In this document: piece by piece, positions 50,989 through 59,990 of the stretch
How the letters are laid out: each line of letters begins with the position of its first letter
Position numbering within the stretch: the first letter of the stretch is position 1
Assembly: GCA_965218795.1 (NCBI GenBank)
Contig: OZ244653.1
Location: 32,001-96,000, forward strand
From: a bacterium
GTDB taxonomy: Bacteria > UBA8248 > JACPRG01 > G963555815
Direction: 5' to 3'
Length of the DNA: 64,000 nt
The notes under the pieces: model-generated
What the model saw: the letters and a program-made list of their open reading frames with translations, nothing else
What the model was told of the DNA's origin: nothing
Databases searched by the model: none
Program-made: the position numbers and the translations under genes

Positions 50989-51605
50989 GTGTCCGGTCAG
51001 ATCGAAGTTTCTTTGAAAAAGCTGGCCCTCTGCCCGAGAACCTCCCTCCCGATTCTGATTCTGGAATCGCTGGACGGAGCGAGGTTTCTCCCCGTGTGGG
51101 TGACGTACCCGGAGTGGGCGGTTTTTGCTCAGCAGCCGATGCAGGAGGTTGCCCTGGAGCCCGCGTTCTGGCCGATTGTCGTAGGGCTCCTGCGGGCCGG
51201 CAAGGCCAGCTTCGGGACGTGAGCATCGAGCGGGAGGGTTCGCGTTACATCGCCTGGCTCACCATCGAGGACGTCCAGGGGGAAAGGAAGCTCAAGACGC
51301 GGGCGGGCGAGGCCGTCGCACTGGCGGGGAAAGCGAATGCGCCCATTCGCGCACGCGTGGATCAACTCGTCGTCAGGGGTGTGATATTCCGGCGGGAACG
51401 GACGGAGACGGCCGCGAGTGGTCCGATTGGCTCAAGAAAGTCCGCCCAGCGGATTTCTCGGAATCCGGATGAAGGGAGGGAGGATAGACATCGGATTGGA
51501 AATGGCTTAGGGCGCAATAAAAAGGGGCTATCGGCAGCAGAACTGGGGAGTTCGGCCGATAGCCCCGGCACCGACACTTCGGGTCCGCCCCTCCGCGCCG
51601 GATGA
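50989..51605 (+). CDS. Divergent DUF151 (bifunctional nuclease-like) protein, 1-nt frameshift near 51204
   Basis: PILILESLDGARFLPVWV...LRDVSI...YIAWLTI...KTRAGEAVALA..ANAPI follows the DUF151 layout. Confidence 0.7.
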
Positions 51606-51680
51606 GTCCATTCTACCGGGCGTAGAACAAAAGGCCAACCGTCGCCGGGGCAGGCCCGCCTTTCAAGGGAGGTGGGTAGC

Positions 51681-53060
51681 ATGCACAGAGGGATCGTCGT
51701 AGGGATCGCGGTTGTTTGGCTCCTCAGCGGGATGGTGACGCCCCTACGGGCGCAGCAGAACGCGGAACTTTCAAAGCGCATCGAGACCCTGGAGAAGCAG
51801 CTTCAGGAACTCAAGAGCGAGTTGAAGAAACAGGCGGGGGCCGCCAGCAAGAAGGAAGCGGAAAGCCAGGAAAGAACCAAGACCCTCGGGGAGGAATTGG
51901 AATCGCTGAAACTCAAGGTGGCCCTGCCCGAGACCAAGGAGCTGAAAGGCCAATACGGTTTGGGTCCCGCGGCCTCCAAGGTTTATGGAGTCGAACGGGG
52001 TTTATCCATCGGTGGTTACGGGCAGGCATGGCTTCAAACCTATGTCGCGGACAACGAGGAGGCGAAGAAGGAGGACGTCTTCGATTACAAACGGTTCGTG
52101 CTTTATGTCGGTTACAAGTTCACGGACCGAATCATTCTGAACTCGGAGCTCGAATTCGAGCACGCGTCGACAAGTAATACAGGAGCCGGATCCGGCTCGG
52201 TCTCCGTGGAGTTCGCGTCTTTGGATTTCCTGTTGACTGACATATTCAATGTCCGGGCGGGAATGCTCCTTGTGCCCATGGGCTTTCTCAATGAACTCCA
52301 CGAGCCTCCGTTCTACCTGGGCAACGAGCGTCCGGAAGTCGAGCGCCAGATCATCCCAAGCACCTGGCGTGAGAACGGAGCCGGGATCTTCGGTACTTTG
52401 GCTCCGGGCCTGGAGTATCGCTCCTACCTTGTGACGAGTCTGGATGCGGCGGATTTCAAAAACAGCAACATCCGAAGCGCGCGTCAAAAGGGGAATCGGG
52501 CCAAGGCGGAGGACTTCTCCTGGGTCACCCGCGTTGATTACAGCCCACCGCAGATCCCGGGCCTCCTGGTCGGGACCTCTGTCTACTGGGGAGATCAAGG
52601 GCATTCTCTCAAGCACAATGGAAAAGAGCTTGATGTAGACATGCTCTTCTACGACTTCCACGCCCAGTATCAGCTTCACGGGCTTTATCTGCGGGGTCTG
52701 TTTACCCAGGCGCACATTGGCGACGCCGAACTTCTCAGCCGATTCAGGGGAAGTAACGGACCGATCAGCGAAAGAATTCAGGGATGGTACGTGGAGGCGG
52801 GTTATGACATTATGCCGCTCTTTGACCCCTCATCCAAACATGCCTTGATCCCGTTTTACAGGCATGAGGAGTACGATACCCAAGCGTCCGTCCCCTCCGG
52901 CTTCGTCCCCAAGGCGGGCAGGCACAAGATCGTCAACACGTTTGGGGTCAATTACAAGCCTCACCCGAATGTCGTCATCAAAGTCGATATGCGGCTCTTC
53001 GAGTCGAATAAAGGCACCGAGCCCGATGATTTCAACATCGGTGTCGGCTTCGCTTTCTAG
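51681..53060 (+). CDS. Outer-membrane beta-barrel (porin-like) with N-terminal coiled coil
   Basis: Signal peptide, heptad coiled coil, RFVLYVGYKF..SELEFEH, NELHEPP, C-terminal GVGFAF. Confidence 0.85.
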   Translation: MHRGIVVGIAVVWLLSGMVTPLRAQQNAELSKRIETLEKQLQELKSELKKQAGAASKKEAESQERTKTLGEELESLKLKVALPETKELKGQYGLGPAASKVYGVERGLSIGGYGQAWLQTYVADNEEAKKEDVFDYKRFVLYVGYKFTDRIILNSELEFEHASTSNTGAGSGSVSVEFASLDFLLTDIFNVRAGMLLVPMGFLNELHEPPFYLGNERPEVERQIIPSTWRENGAGIFGTLAPGLEYRSYLVTSLDAADFKNSNIRSARQKGNRAKAEDFSWVTRVDYSPPQIPGLLVGTSVYWGDQGHSLKHNGKELDVDMLFYDFHAQYQLHGLYLRGLFTQAHIGDAELLSRFRGSNGPISERIQGWYVEAGYDIMPLFDPSSKHALIPFYRHEEYDTQASVPSGFVPKAGRHKIVNTFGVNYKPHPNVVIKVDMRLFESNKGTEPDDFNIGVGFAF

Positions 53061-53075
53061 CGTTCCGGCGCCGAC

Positions 53076-53130
53076 AACGGGCTCCGGCCCGAGCCCCCTG
53101 GTTCATTCACGCCAAGGGCCGGAGCCCGTT
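53076..53130. repeat. 15-bp perfect inverted repeat after the porin gene
   Basis: AACGGGCTCCGGCCC / GGGCCGGAGCCCGTT; no U-tract. Confidence 0.75.
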
Positions 53131-53159
53131 CCACATTCCGGAAGAGAGAGGTCAACGGG

Positions 53160-53750
53160 ATGGAGCAACTGAAACTGACACACTTTTACTTCTGCAAGAA
53201 ATGTCCGGCCTATGAGGCCGTCTTCCAGCAGGTCGAGGGGGAAGGTGTGCTCCGAATCCCTCTGTCGATGCGCGAGCTAAACTTCGTCTGCCGGAGACCT
53301 TGTGAGGTGAGCGCTCCGCCGCCTCCGCTGGTTCGGACGGTCGGAGCCTTGCTGGACGGCGTCGGCCTTTCGCCCGACCGGGTGAGCCTGGACATTCGCG
53401 AGAGGGATATTCTGAGCGCCTATCTCCATCTGAATCGTCAGGCCAAAGGGGCAAGCGGTGGGCCGGGAACAGAGGAATCGATGGTTCCATTGCCGCCGGG
53501 CGATGGGGTTGTGATGAGCGTTTATTTCGGGGTGCCGTTCTACGCCCCCCGGGAATCACTCGTGAGTGCGGATGAGCTGGAAGAAAGACATGGGCTTCCG
53601 AAGGACTCCCTGAGGCCGGGAATGGAGGATGAGATCGTCTTTCACGAGGATGGGCGCCTCCATCCGAATGAGGAAGAGTTTCCGGCGGAGGGTCGAATCC
53701 GGGCGTGGCTCGACAAGCTTCGACCCGAAGATTTCCGATCCTCTCTTTGA
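53160..53750 (+). CDS. Second divergent DUF151-like protein with N-terminal CxxC
   Basis: CKKC, LRIPL, PPPLVRTV, SAYLHL, PPGDGVVMS...VPFY, tail WLDKLRPEDF. Confidence 0.65.
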   Translation: MEQLKLTHFYFCKKCPAYEAVFQQVEGEGVLRIPLSMRELNFVCRRPCEVSAPPPPLVRTVGALLDGVGLSPDRVSLDIRERDILSAYLHLNRQAKGASGGPGTEESMVPLPPGDGVVMSVYFGVPFYAPRESLVSADELEERHGLPKDSLRPGMEDEIVFHEDGRLHPNEEEFPAEGRIRAWLDKLRPEDFRSSL

Positions 53751-53791
53751 CGGCTCGGTTTTCCCCACTCCTTCATCAAGGGGGCGAAGAA

Positions 53792-54361
53792 GTGGCGGGA
53801 CGGTTGGGTGTATGCGTGACGCAAGGGGTGATTGCGGTGGGCCTGGTCCTGTCGTTTGGAGCCGGGACTGTCCGATCGGGCGTCATTCTGTCGAAAGAGG
53901 AGGCCTTGGAACTGGCCTTTCCCGGCGCCCACCGGGTCGAAAAGAAGACCTTTTTCCTCAACGCCGATCAGGTCAGACAGGTGGAAAAACTGTCCGGCGC
54001 AAAGTTGGATTCCAAGCTCTTCACGTTCTATGTGGGCATGAAGGGCGAACGAAGAATCGGTTATGCGGCCTTCGATGTTCATATCGTCCGCACTTTGCCG
54101 GAGGCCTTCCTGATCCTTCTCGCGCCGGACGGGAGCGTGAAGAATACGCTGTTGCTGGCCTTCTACGAGCCGAAGGAATACGAGCCGCCGGATCACTGGC
54201 TCCGTCAGTTCCGTGGCCGAACGCTTTCGCCGGAACTCCAGGTCGGTCGTCGGGTCCACGGCATTGCGGGCTCCACGCTGACCGCCTGGGCGGTCGCCCG
54301 CGCGGTCCGTAAGGTTCTGGCCCTCTATCAGGTCCTGATCGCCGGAGGCGAGGCACCATGA
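53792..54361 (+). CDS. Periplasmic FMN-binding domain protein
   Basis: Signal peptide, EALELAFPGA, HIVRT, AFYEPKEY, WLRQF, HGIAGSTLT (variant of the SGAT flavinylation motif). Confidence 0.85.
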   Translation: MAGRLGVCVTQGVIAVGLVLSFGAGTVRSGVILSKEEALELAFPGAHRVEKKTFFLNADQVRQVEKLSGAKLDSKLFTFYVGMKGERRIGYAAFDVHIVRTLPEAFLILLAPDGSVKNTLLLAFYEPKEYEPPDHWLRQFRGRTLSPELQVGRRVHGIAGSTLTAWAVARAVRKVLALYQVLIAGGEAP

Positions 54362-54873
54362 GGTTTGTCGTCACCGGCGAATGGAAGACCAACAGCCTGC
54401 TTCGACTCGTCATCGTATTGTTCCTGGGGTTTGCGGCGTTTCTCTGGCTGACGAACGCGCTCCTCTACTTCGCCAAGATGGGCCTGACGCCGGAATCCGT
54501 TGCGCAATATTACCGGGGAAACGAAGAGCGCTACCTCCGCCCGCGCAGCTATCTCATCCTGTTGGAAATTTCTCATTTCCACCTGTTCGCCATGTCCATA
54601 TTGCTTCTGACCTTGGGGCATTTGGTGCTTTTCGTGCCGATCCGCCCCCAATGGAAGGCGTGCTTGATCGTCGTCTCGTTCGGCTCCGCCTTTTCCGATG
54701 AAGCGATGGGGTGGCTCACGCGTTATGTCCATGCGGGTTTCGCCCTCGGAAAGATCATGTCCTTCCTTCTCCTGCAGGTTTCCCTGGCCGCCATGATCGG
54801 GATGATTTTCTACGGAACGATCAAGCCCCGCCGCAATGCGTATTCGGACCCATGGAAGGGGGAGAAACCCTGA
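54358..54873 (+). CDS. His-containing ~4-TM inner membrane protein
   Basis: Hydrophobic helices, EISHFHLF and LGHL; ATGA and TGATG overlaps with both neighbours. Confidence 0.8.
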   Translation: MRFVVTGEWKTNSLLRLVIVLFLGFAAFLWLTNALLYFAKMGLTPESVAQYYRGNEERYLRPRSYLILLEISHFHLFAMSILLLTLGHLVLFVPIRPQWKACLIVVSFGSAFSDEAMGWLTRYVHAGFALGKIMSFLLLQVSLAAMIGMIFYGTIKPRRNAYSDPWKGEKP

Positions 54874-55967
54874 TGGGATTCGCTGACGGAAAGAACATGC
54901 GGAGGCTTTCGAGGGTCTGTCTCCTGTTTCTCATGGCCGCGATCCCGGTCTCGGCTGCGGGGTCGGATGCCGCGCGGGGGCGCGTCCAGACGCAAGGCCG
55001 TATCGTCATGGGGACCGTCCTACGGATCACGCTGACCGAGCCCCGGCCGGGGAAGAGCGAGGCGATCTTCGAACGGGCCTTTCGCGAAGCGCGAAATCTG
55101 GACCTCATGCTGAGCCACTACCGCACCGACAGCGTACTTTCTCAATTGAACGCTTTGGCCGGGCAAAGGTCCGCCGAAGTGCCGGACGAGCTCTACCGGG
55201 TTCTACAGATGTCGGCGCGATTCAGCCGCCTGACGGAAGGGGCCTTCGACGTGACGCTCGGGCCTTTGTTTCGGGCATGGGAGCGCGCGGGCCGGTCCGG
55301 ACGCCTCCCGCAAGACCTGACGCGGACATTGCGGCGGGTCGGATGGCGCCACCTGGAATTTCAAGACAAGAACCGTGTCGGCCTGAGAAGGCGCGGAATG
55401 AGGCTGAACCTGGGCGCCGTCGGAAAGGGATTCGCGGTGGACAAGGTGATTGATGTCCTGCGCCGATCCGGAGTCTGCTGCGCCCTGGTTGATTTCGGGG
55501 GGAGCGCCTTCTTCGCCCTGGGCGCGCCTGACGGGGACCGGGCCTGGAACTTGTGGGTGCCCGGCATCGACGCGCAATCTCCCATCGGTGTGGTTTCGCT
55601 TCGGGATCAGGCCCTCTCCGTATCGTCCGCGTTCGGCAACAAATTCGTCATTCAAGGAAGGGTGTACGGGCATATCCTCGATCCCCGGACGGGCCGGCCG
55701 CTCACTCGGCCCGCTGTGGCCGCTGTCATCGCCCCGAGCGGGGCGGAAGCCGATGCCCTCTCGACCGCATTGCTGGTTCTCGGGCCCCGTCGTGGCCCTG
55801 CGGTTCTTGAGCGGTTCAAGGGCGTCCGCGCCCTGTATGACTCGGAGGCGGTCTCCTGGATCTCCCGTCCGATCACCCTATCGCCGGGGGCCGCCCCCGC
55901 TTGGCGCCCGGCAAAGGAGGACAACCCGGGACGACGGCCACCGCCCGATGTCCGATCGGAATCTTGA
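54873..55967 (+). CDS. apbE: FAD:protein FMN transferase
   Basis: MGT, S.LSQLN, GAFDVT, LGAVGKGFAVD, HILDPRTG, ADALSTA. Confidence 0.93.
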   Translation: MGFADGKNMRRLSRVCLLFLMAAIPVSAAGSDAARGRVQTQGRIVMGTVLRITLTEPRPGKSEAIFERAFREARNLDLMLSHYRTDSVLSQLNALAGQRSAEVPDELYRVLQMSARFSRLTEGAFDVTLGPLFRAWERAGRSGRLPQDLTRTLRRVGWRHLEFQDKNRVGLRRRGMRLNLGAVGKGFAVDKVIDVLRRSGVCCALVDFGGSAFFALGAPDGDRAWNLWVPGIDAQSPIGVVSLRDQALSVSSAFGNKFVIQGRVYGHILDPRTGRPLTRPAVAAVIAPSGAEADALSTALLVLGPRRGPAVLERFKGVRALYDSEAVSWISRPITLSPGAAPAWRPAKEDNPGRRPPPDVRSES

Positions 55968-56057
55968 GTCTTCCTGAAGGGGGCGACCCCACACCCGGTT
56001 TCCACTGTTGAAGTGGATACTCCAGAGAGCAACCGAACCCAAAAAGGAGAATGAGCG

Positions 56058-57116
56058 GTGAATCCTTGGAAGAACGCTCGACCGTTCGTCACATTGATTT
56101 CCCGACGGCATTCCTTTGCCGCGATTTTGGCCGCGGTCTGTATTCTGGCCGTCGGACCAAGTTCGGCCGGGTCCGAAGAAACCCTGACGATCTATTCCGG
56201 TCGCTCCCAGAAGCTGGTGAGCGGGCTCTTCAAGTCCTTTTCGGAAAAGACCGGCATCCGCGTGAAGGTCCGGTACGCGAAGACGGCGGCCCTGGCCAAT
56301 CAGCTCATGGAGGAGCGGTCCCAGAGCCCGGCCGATCTCTTCTTCGCGCAGGATTCCGGCGCATTGGGCGCCGTGGCCGGGCAGGGGCTGTTTCGACCCC
56401 TCCCCACGGACATCCTGAGTCAGGCGCCTCCCTCCTTCCGGTCCGAAAAAGGGGACTGGGTGGGTCTTTCGGGCAGGGCCCGTGTCCTTGCCTATTCCAC
56501 CAAACGTCTCAGCGATGGTGACCTGCCGAAGTCCATTTTCGACCTGACCGACCCCAAATGGAAAGGCAGAATTGGACTTCCGCCCACGAACGCTTCGTTC
56601 CAGGCCTTTGTGTCGGCGATGCGGATTCGCGTCGGCGATAAGAAGACCTTGGCCTGGCTGAAGGGAATCGTGGCGAATCAACCGAAGTATTACGTGAAAA
56701 ACACCCCCACAGTGAAAGCCATTGCAGACGGTGAAATCGATGTCGGACTCGTCAATCATTATTACCTGTATCGATTCATCCGAAAGGAGGGGCCGAAGTT
56801 CCCGGTCCGTAATTACTATTTTCCGAATGGAGACATCGGAGCCCTGATCAATGTCGCCGGAGCCGGGATCCTCAAGTCTTCCAGGAAGCCCTCCCAGGCG
56901 GAAAGATTCATCCGCTTCGTGCTGTCCCGGACCGGTCAGAAGATTCTGGTCGAGGGGAACAACGAATACCCCGTGGTCAAGGGGTTCCCGTTGAACCCCA
57001 AGCGGGGGCTTCGTGACGTTCGTGAGATCAAGACGCCCGGAATCGACCTCGGCAAGCTGACCGACGTGCGGGGAACCGTCCGTCTCCTCCAGCAGGCCGG
57101 GATGCTGCCCGAGTAG
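56058..57116 (+). CDS. Fe(III) ABC substrate-binding protein (FbpA/FutA-like)
   Basis: LTIYSGR, SPADLF, GRARV, NASFQ, VNHYYL Tyr pair, EYP. Confidence 0.92.
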   Translation: MNPWKNARPFVTLISRRHSFAAILAAVCILAVGPSSAGSEETLTIYSGRSQKLVSGLFKSFSEKTGIRVKVRYAKTAALANQLMEERSQSPADLFFAQDSGALGAVAGQGLFRPLPTDILSQAPPSFRSEKGDWVGLSGRARVLAYSTKRLSDGDLPKSIFDLTDPKWKGRIGLPPTNASFQAFVSAMRIRVGDKKTLAWLKGIVANQPKYYVKNTPTVKAIADGEIDVGLVNHYYLYRFIRKEGPKFPVRNYYFPNGDIGALINVAGAGILKSSRKPSQAERFIRFVLSRTGQKILVEGNNEYPVVKGFPLNPKRGLRDVREIKTPGIDLGKLTDVRGTVRLLQQAGMLPE

Positions 57117-57277
57117 AGGGCCCCTACCTTTCACCCAGTTGCACATCGGCTTCCAAGAGAGGGAGGCCATTGGTAAGAATCCAAAAGATAAACAGGAGAT
57201 CAAATGAGCGTTTGTATTCACGCCAACGCTTTGGGACCGGGTTCGTACGGTTGGCAGAACGAGAAAGGAGAGCACGC

Positions 57278-58537
57278 ATGAGAACCCTGACGAGAACCCT
57301 GATCGTGGCGGGCATCGCTGCCATGTTGGCCACCCCTGCCGCCGCCGTCGCGCCGGAGGCGGTCGTTACAACCTACGCCAATATCGCGGCGGCCGGATAC
57401 GCTGACTCGCTGGCGGCGGCGCGCGATCTGCGCGCGGCCGTCGGCGCCCTGGTCAAGGCCCCCTCGCCGGAGACGCTGGAAACGGCGAAGAAGGCGTGGG
57501 TGCGCGCCCGCGTCCCCTATCAGCAGACCGAGGTATTTCGTTTCGGCAACCCGATTGTTGACGACTGGGAAGGCAAGGTGAACGCTTGGCCGCTCGACGA
57601 GGGACTCATTGACTATGTCGATGCCGATCACGGCGGAAACGATGAAAACCCGTATGCGCGGGTGAACGTGATCGCGAACTCGACCTTCACCGTTTCGGGC
57701 CGCGAGATCGACGCGCGCGAGATCACCCCGGCGTTGCTTGAATCGCTGCATGAGATCGACGGGGTCGAGGCGAACGTCGCTACCGGCTACCACGCCATCG
57801 AGTTTCTACTGTGGGGGCAAGACCTGAACGGCACCGGCCCGGGCGCGGGCGCACGGCCCTACACCGATTTCGACGCTGCCAATTGCCCCAGCGGCAATTG
57901 CGATCGGCGCGCCGCCTATTTGATTGCGGCGACGGACCTGCTGGTCTCCGACCTCGAGAGCATGGTCGCGGCGTGGAAGCCGGAAGGCGCCGCGCGCAAA
58001 GCGGTCACCAAAAGTCCCCGGGAAGGCGTCGTCGCCGCCTTCACCGGCATGGGTTCGCTCTCCTACGGTGAGCAGGCGGGCGAGCGCATGAAGCTCGGAC
58101 TGATGCTCCACGACCCGGAGGAAGAGCACGACTGCTTCTCCGACAATACGCACAACTCGCACTACTACGACGGGGTGGGGGTCCGAAACGTCTATCTCGG
58201 CCGTTATGTGCGGATCGATGGGTCACTGGTGCGCGGGCCGTCGCTTTCGAACCTCGTCGCCGCCGCGGCCCCCGACGTCGACAGGGCGCTCCGCGCTGAT
58301 CTCGATGCCACGATGGCAGCGCTTGGAGCGATCAAGGCCACAGCGGAGGCGGGAACCGCCTATGACCAGATGCTGGGTGCAGGAAACACGGCAGGAGAAG
58401 CGCTGATCATGGCGGCCATTAACGCGCTGGTCGCGCAGACCCGTAACATCGAACGCGCGGTGGAGGCGCTGAGCATCCCGTCGATCGAATTCGAAGGCTC
58501 CGATAGTCTCGATAATCCAAGCGCGGTCTTCCAGTAG
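57278..58537 (+). CDS. Imelysin family iron-regulated protein (IrpA/IcmP-like)
   Basis: NAWPLDEGLIDYV, GYHAIEFLLWGQD, EEEHDCFSDNT. Confidence 0.93.
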   Translation: MRTLTRTLIVAGIAAMLATPAAAVAPEAVVTTYANIAAAGYADSLAAARDLRAAVGALVKAPSPETLETAKKAWVRARVPYQQTEVFRFGNPIVDDWEGKVNAWPLDEGLIDYVDADHGGNDENPYARVNVIANSTFTVSGREIDAREITPALLESLHEIDGVEANVATGYHAIEFLLWGQDLNGTGPGAGARPYTDFDAANCPSGNCDRRAAYLIAATDLLVSDLESMVAAWKPEGAARKAVTKSPREGVVAAFTGMGSLSYGEQAGERMKLGLMLHDPEEEHDCFSDNTHNSHYYDGVGVRNVYLGRYVRIDGSLVRGPSLSNLVAAAAPDVDRALRADLDATMAALGAIKATAEAGTAYDQMLGAGNTAGEALIMAAINALVAQTRNIERAVEALSIPSIEFEGSDSLDNPSAVFQ

Positions 58538-58611
58538 GGCTGCGAACGGTGAACCAAGGGTTGGGAACGGACGACCGGCACATGCCTTCTGACAACGACA
58601 GGGAGGTCGAA

Positions 58612-59679
58612 TTGCGTAAAAAGCTATTCTTTCCGCTCGTGATGGTGATGCTGTGGGTCGCTGTGCAGGCGCCTGCTTTGGCCCAAGAGACGGCCCAAAA
58701 GACGGCATTCCCACGCCTGGAGTGGTCCTTCGCGGCGGAGATCGAAAACGATTTCACCACTTCGGCGGATGATCCGGAGGCTGAGATAAACGATCTTTTT
58801 CCGACGATTGAACCCGCTTTGTCCCTGCGCTTGAACGAAGCGTTCAGTGTGAACGTGAGCGCCGTTATCGAGCCGGTGCTGGATCCGGTGGATGACCGTA
58901 CCTTCAAGGATATCGGCGGCTATGTCGATACGCTGTTCATGCAATACGAAAGCTCTATAGCGTCCATCGCCCTTGGAAAGCTCGGTGTCCCGTTCGGCGT
59001 TGCCTGGGACATCGCCCCCGGGATTTACGGTACCGGTTTCCCCGAGGATTACGAAACCGCCGAACAGATCGGCAGCGTCATCTCTGCTCCGATCCCGGTG
59101 TTGCCCGGTGTGCCGACGCTCTCTGTCTCGGCGTTCTTCGCCGATACGACGGCCTTGAGCGAATCGGTCGGGGAGAATCGCGGCCGGACGCGTAAGTCCG
59201 ACGGCGGAGTGGGCAACACGGAAAGCCTCGAGAACTTTGCGGTCTCGCTCGACGGCGGCCTTGCCGGTACGACCTATTCGCTCGGCTTCCGCCGTCTTGC
59301 CGCGGGCGAGGGCGATCCGGAAGACGAGTACGGCGTTGCATTCGGGCTCGCCCGTACCATCGACCTGGGCGAAGACATGAGCCTGGAGGCGCTTGGCGAG
59401 ATCGTCCATTTCATCAACACCGGAGGCGCCGCCGAGGAGAACTCCCTATATCTGACGCTCGGTGCTGCGCTTACGAAGGGAGATTGGACGGGATCGGCCG
59501 TCTATGCGCTGCGCAGCTTCGAAGACGCCAACACCGATCGCATGGCGACGGTCGGGCTCGAATACGCAATCGCGGAGGGCGTGAGCTTCGGCGTCGCCTA
59601 TCGCTACGGGCGCGAGGACGAGGAAATCTCACATATCCAGGGCGCGCTGCTGGCGGTGGAGTTCGAAGGTATCCTGTGA
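58612..59679 (+). CDS. Acidic outer-membrane beta-barrel (porin-like)
   Basis: GGGAGG RBS plus TTG, signal peptide, GK...FGVAWD, alternating amphipathic strands. Confidence 0.7.
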   Translation: MRKKLFFPLVMVMLWVAVQAPALAQETAQKTAFPRLEWSFAAEIENDFTTSADDPEAEINDLFPTIEPALSLRLNEAFSVNVSAVIEPVLDPVDDRTFKDIGGYVDTLFMQYESSIASIALGKLGVPFGVAWDIAPGIYGTGFPEDYETAEQIGSVISAPIPVLPGVPTLSVSAFFADTTALSESVGENRGRTRKSDGGVGNTESLENFAVSLDGGLAGTTYSLGFRRLAAGEGDPEDEYGVAFGLARTIDLGEDMSLEALGEIVHFINTGGAAEENSLYLTLGAALTKGDWTGSAVYALRSFEDANTDRMATVGLEYAIAEGVSFGVAYRYGREDEEISHIQGALLAVEFEGIL

Positions 59680-59817
59680 CATGAAGGGCGGTCGGCGGTC
59701 CTGAGACAGGGCCGCTGGGACGCCCTCCGCCGTCGCTCATGGCGCATCGCGCGGTATGCGATCCGTCGAGAAATTGAATTCCCTTACGGCGCGGTGGTGG
59801 TCTTCGGAGGCGTGCGC

Positions 59818-59990
59818 ATGCTCGTTTGCTCTTGCACTCTCATAGACGACCGGGCCATTCGCGCCACGGCGAAAACAGCGGGTTTGCGGGCGAGCCGCTC
59901 ACCTGCGGTGTCCTCTATTGCCGCTTGGGCAAGCGGATCCGTTGCGGCAATTGCCGGCTGCTAATGATAAGGATCATCGATAAGTTTCAC
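59818..59990 (+). pseudogene. Bfd-like [2Fe-2S] ferredoxin, frameshifted and reading into the di-heme gene
   Basis: GGAGG RBS, MLVCSCTLIDDRAIR. One added G at 59888-90 gives GEPLTCGVLYCRLGKRIRCGNCR. Confidence 0.75.

Noticed and set aside
57202-57230. Fur/Irr-like box upstream of the imelysin gene
   Set aside because: AATGAGCGTTTGTATTCA is too weak a match to call.
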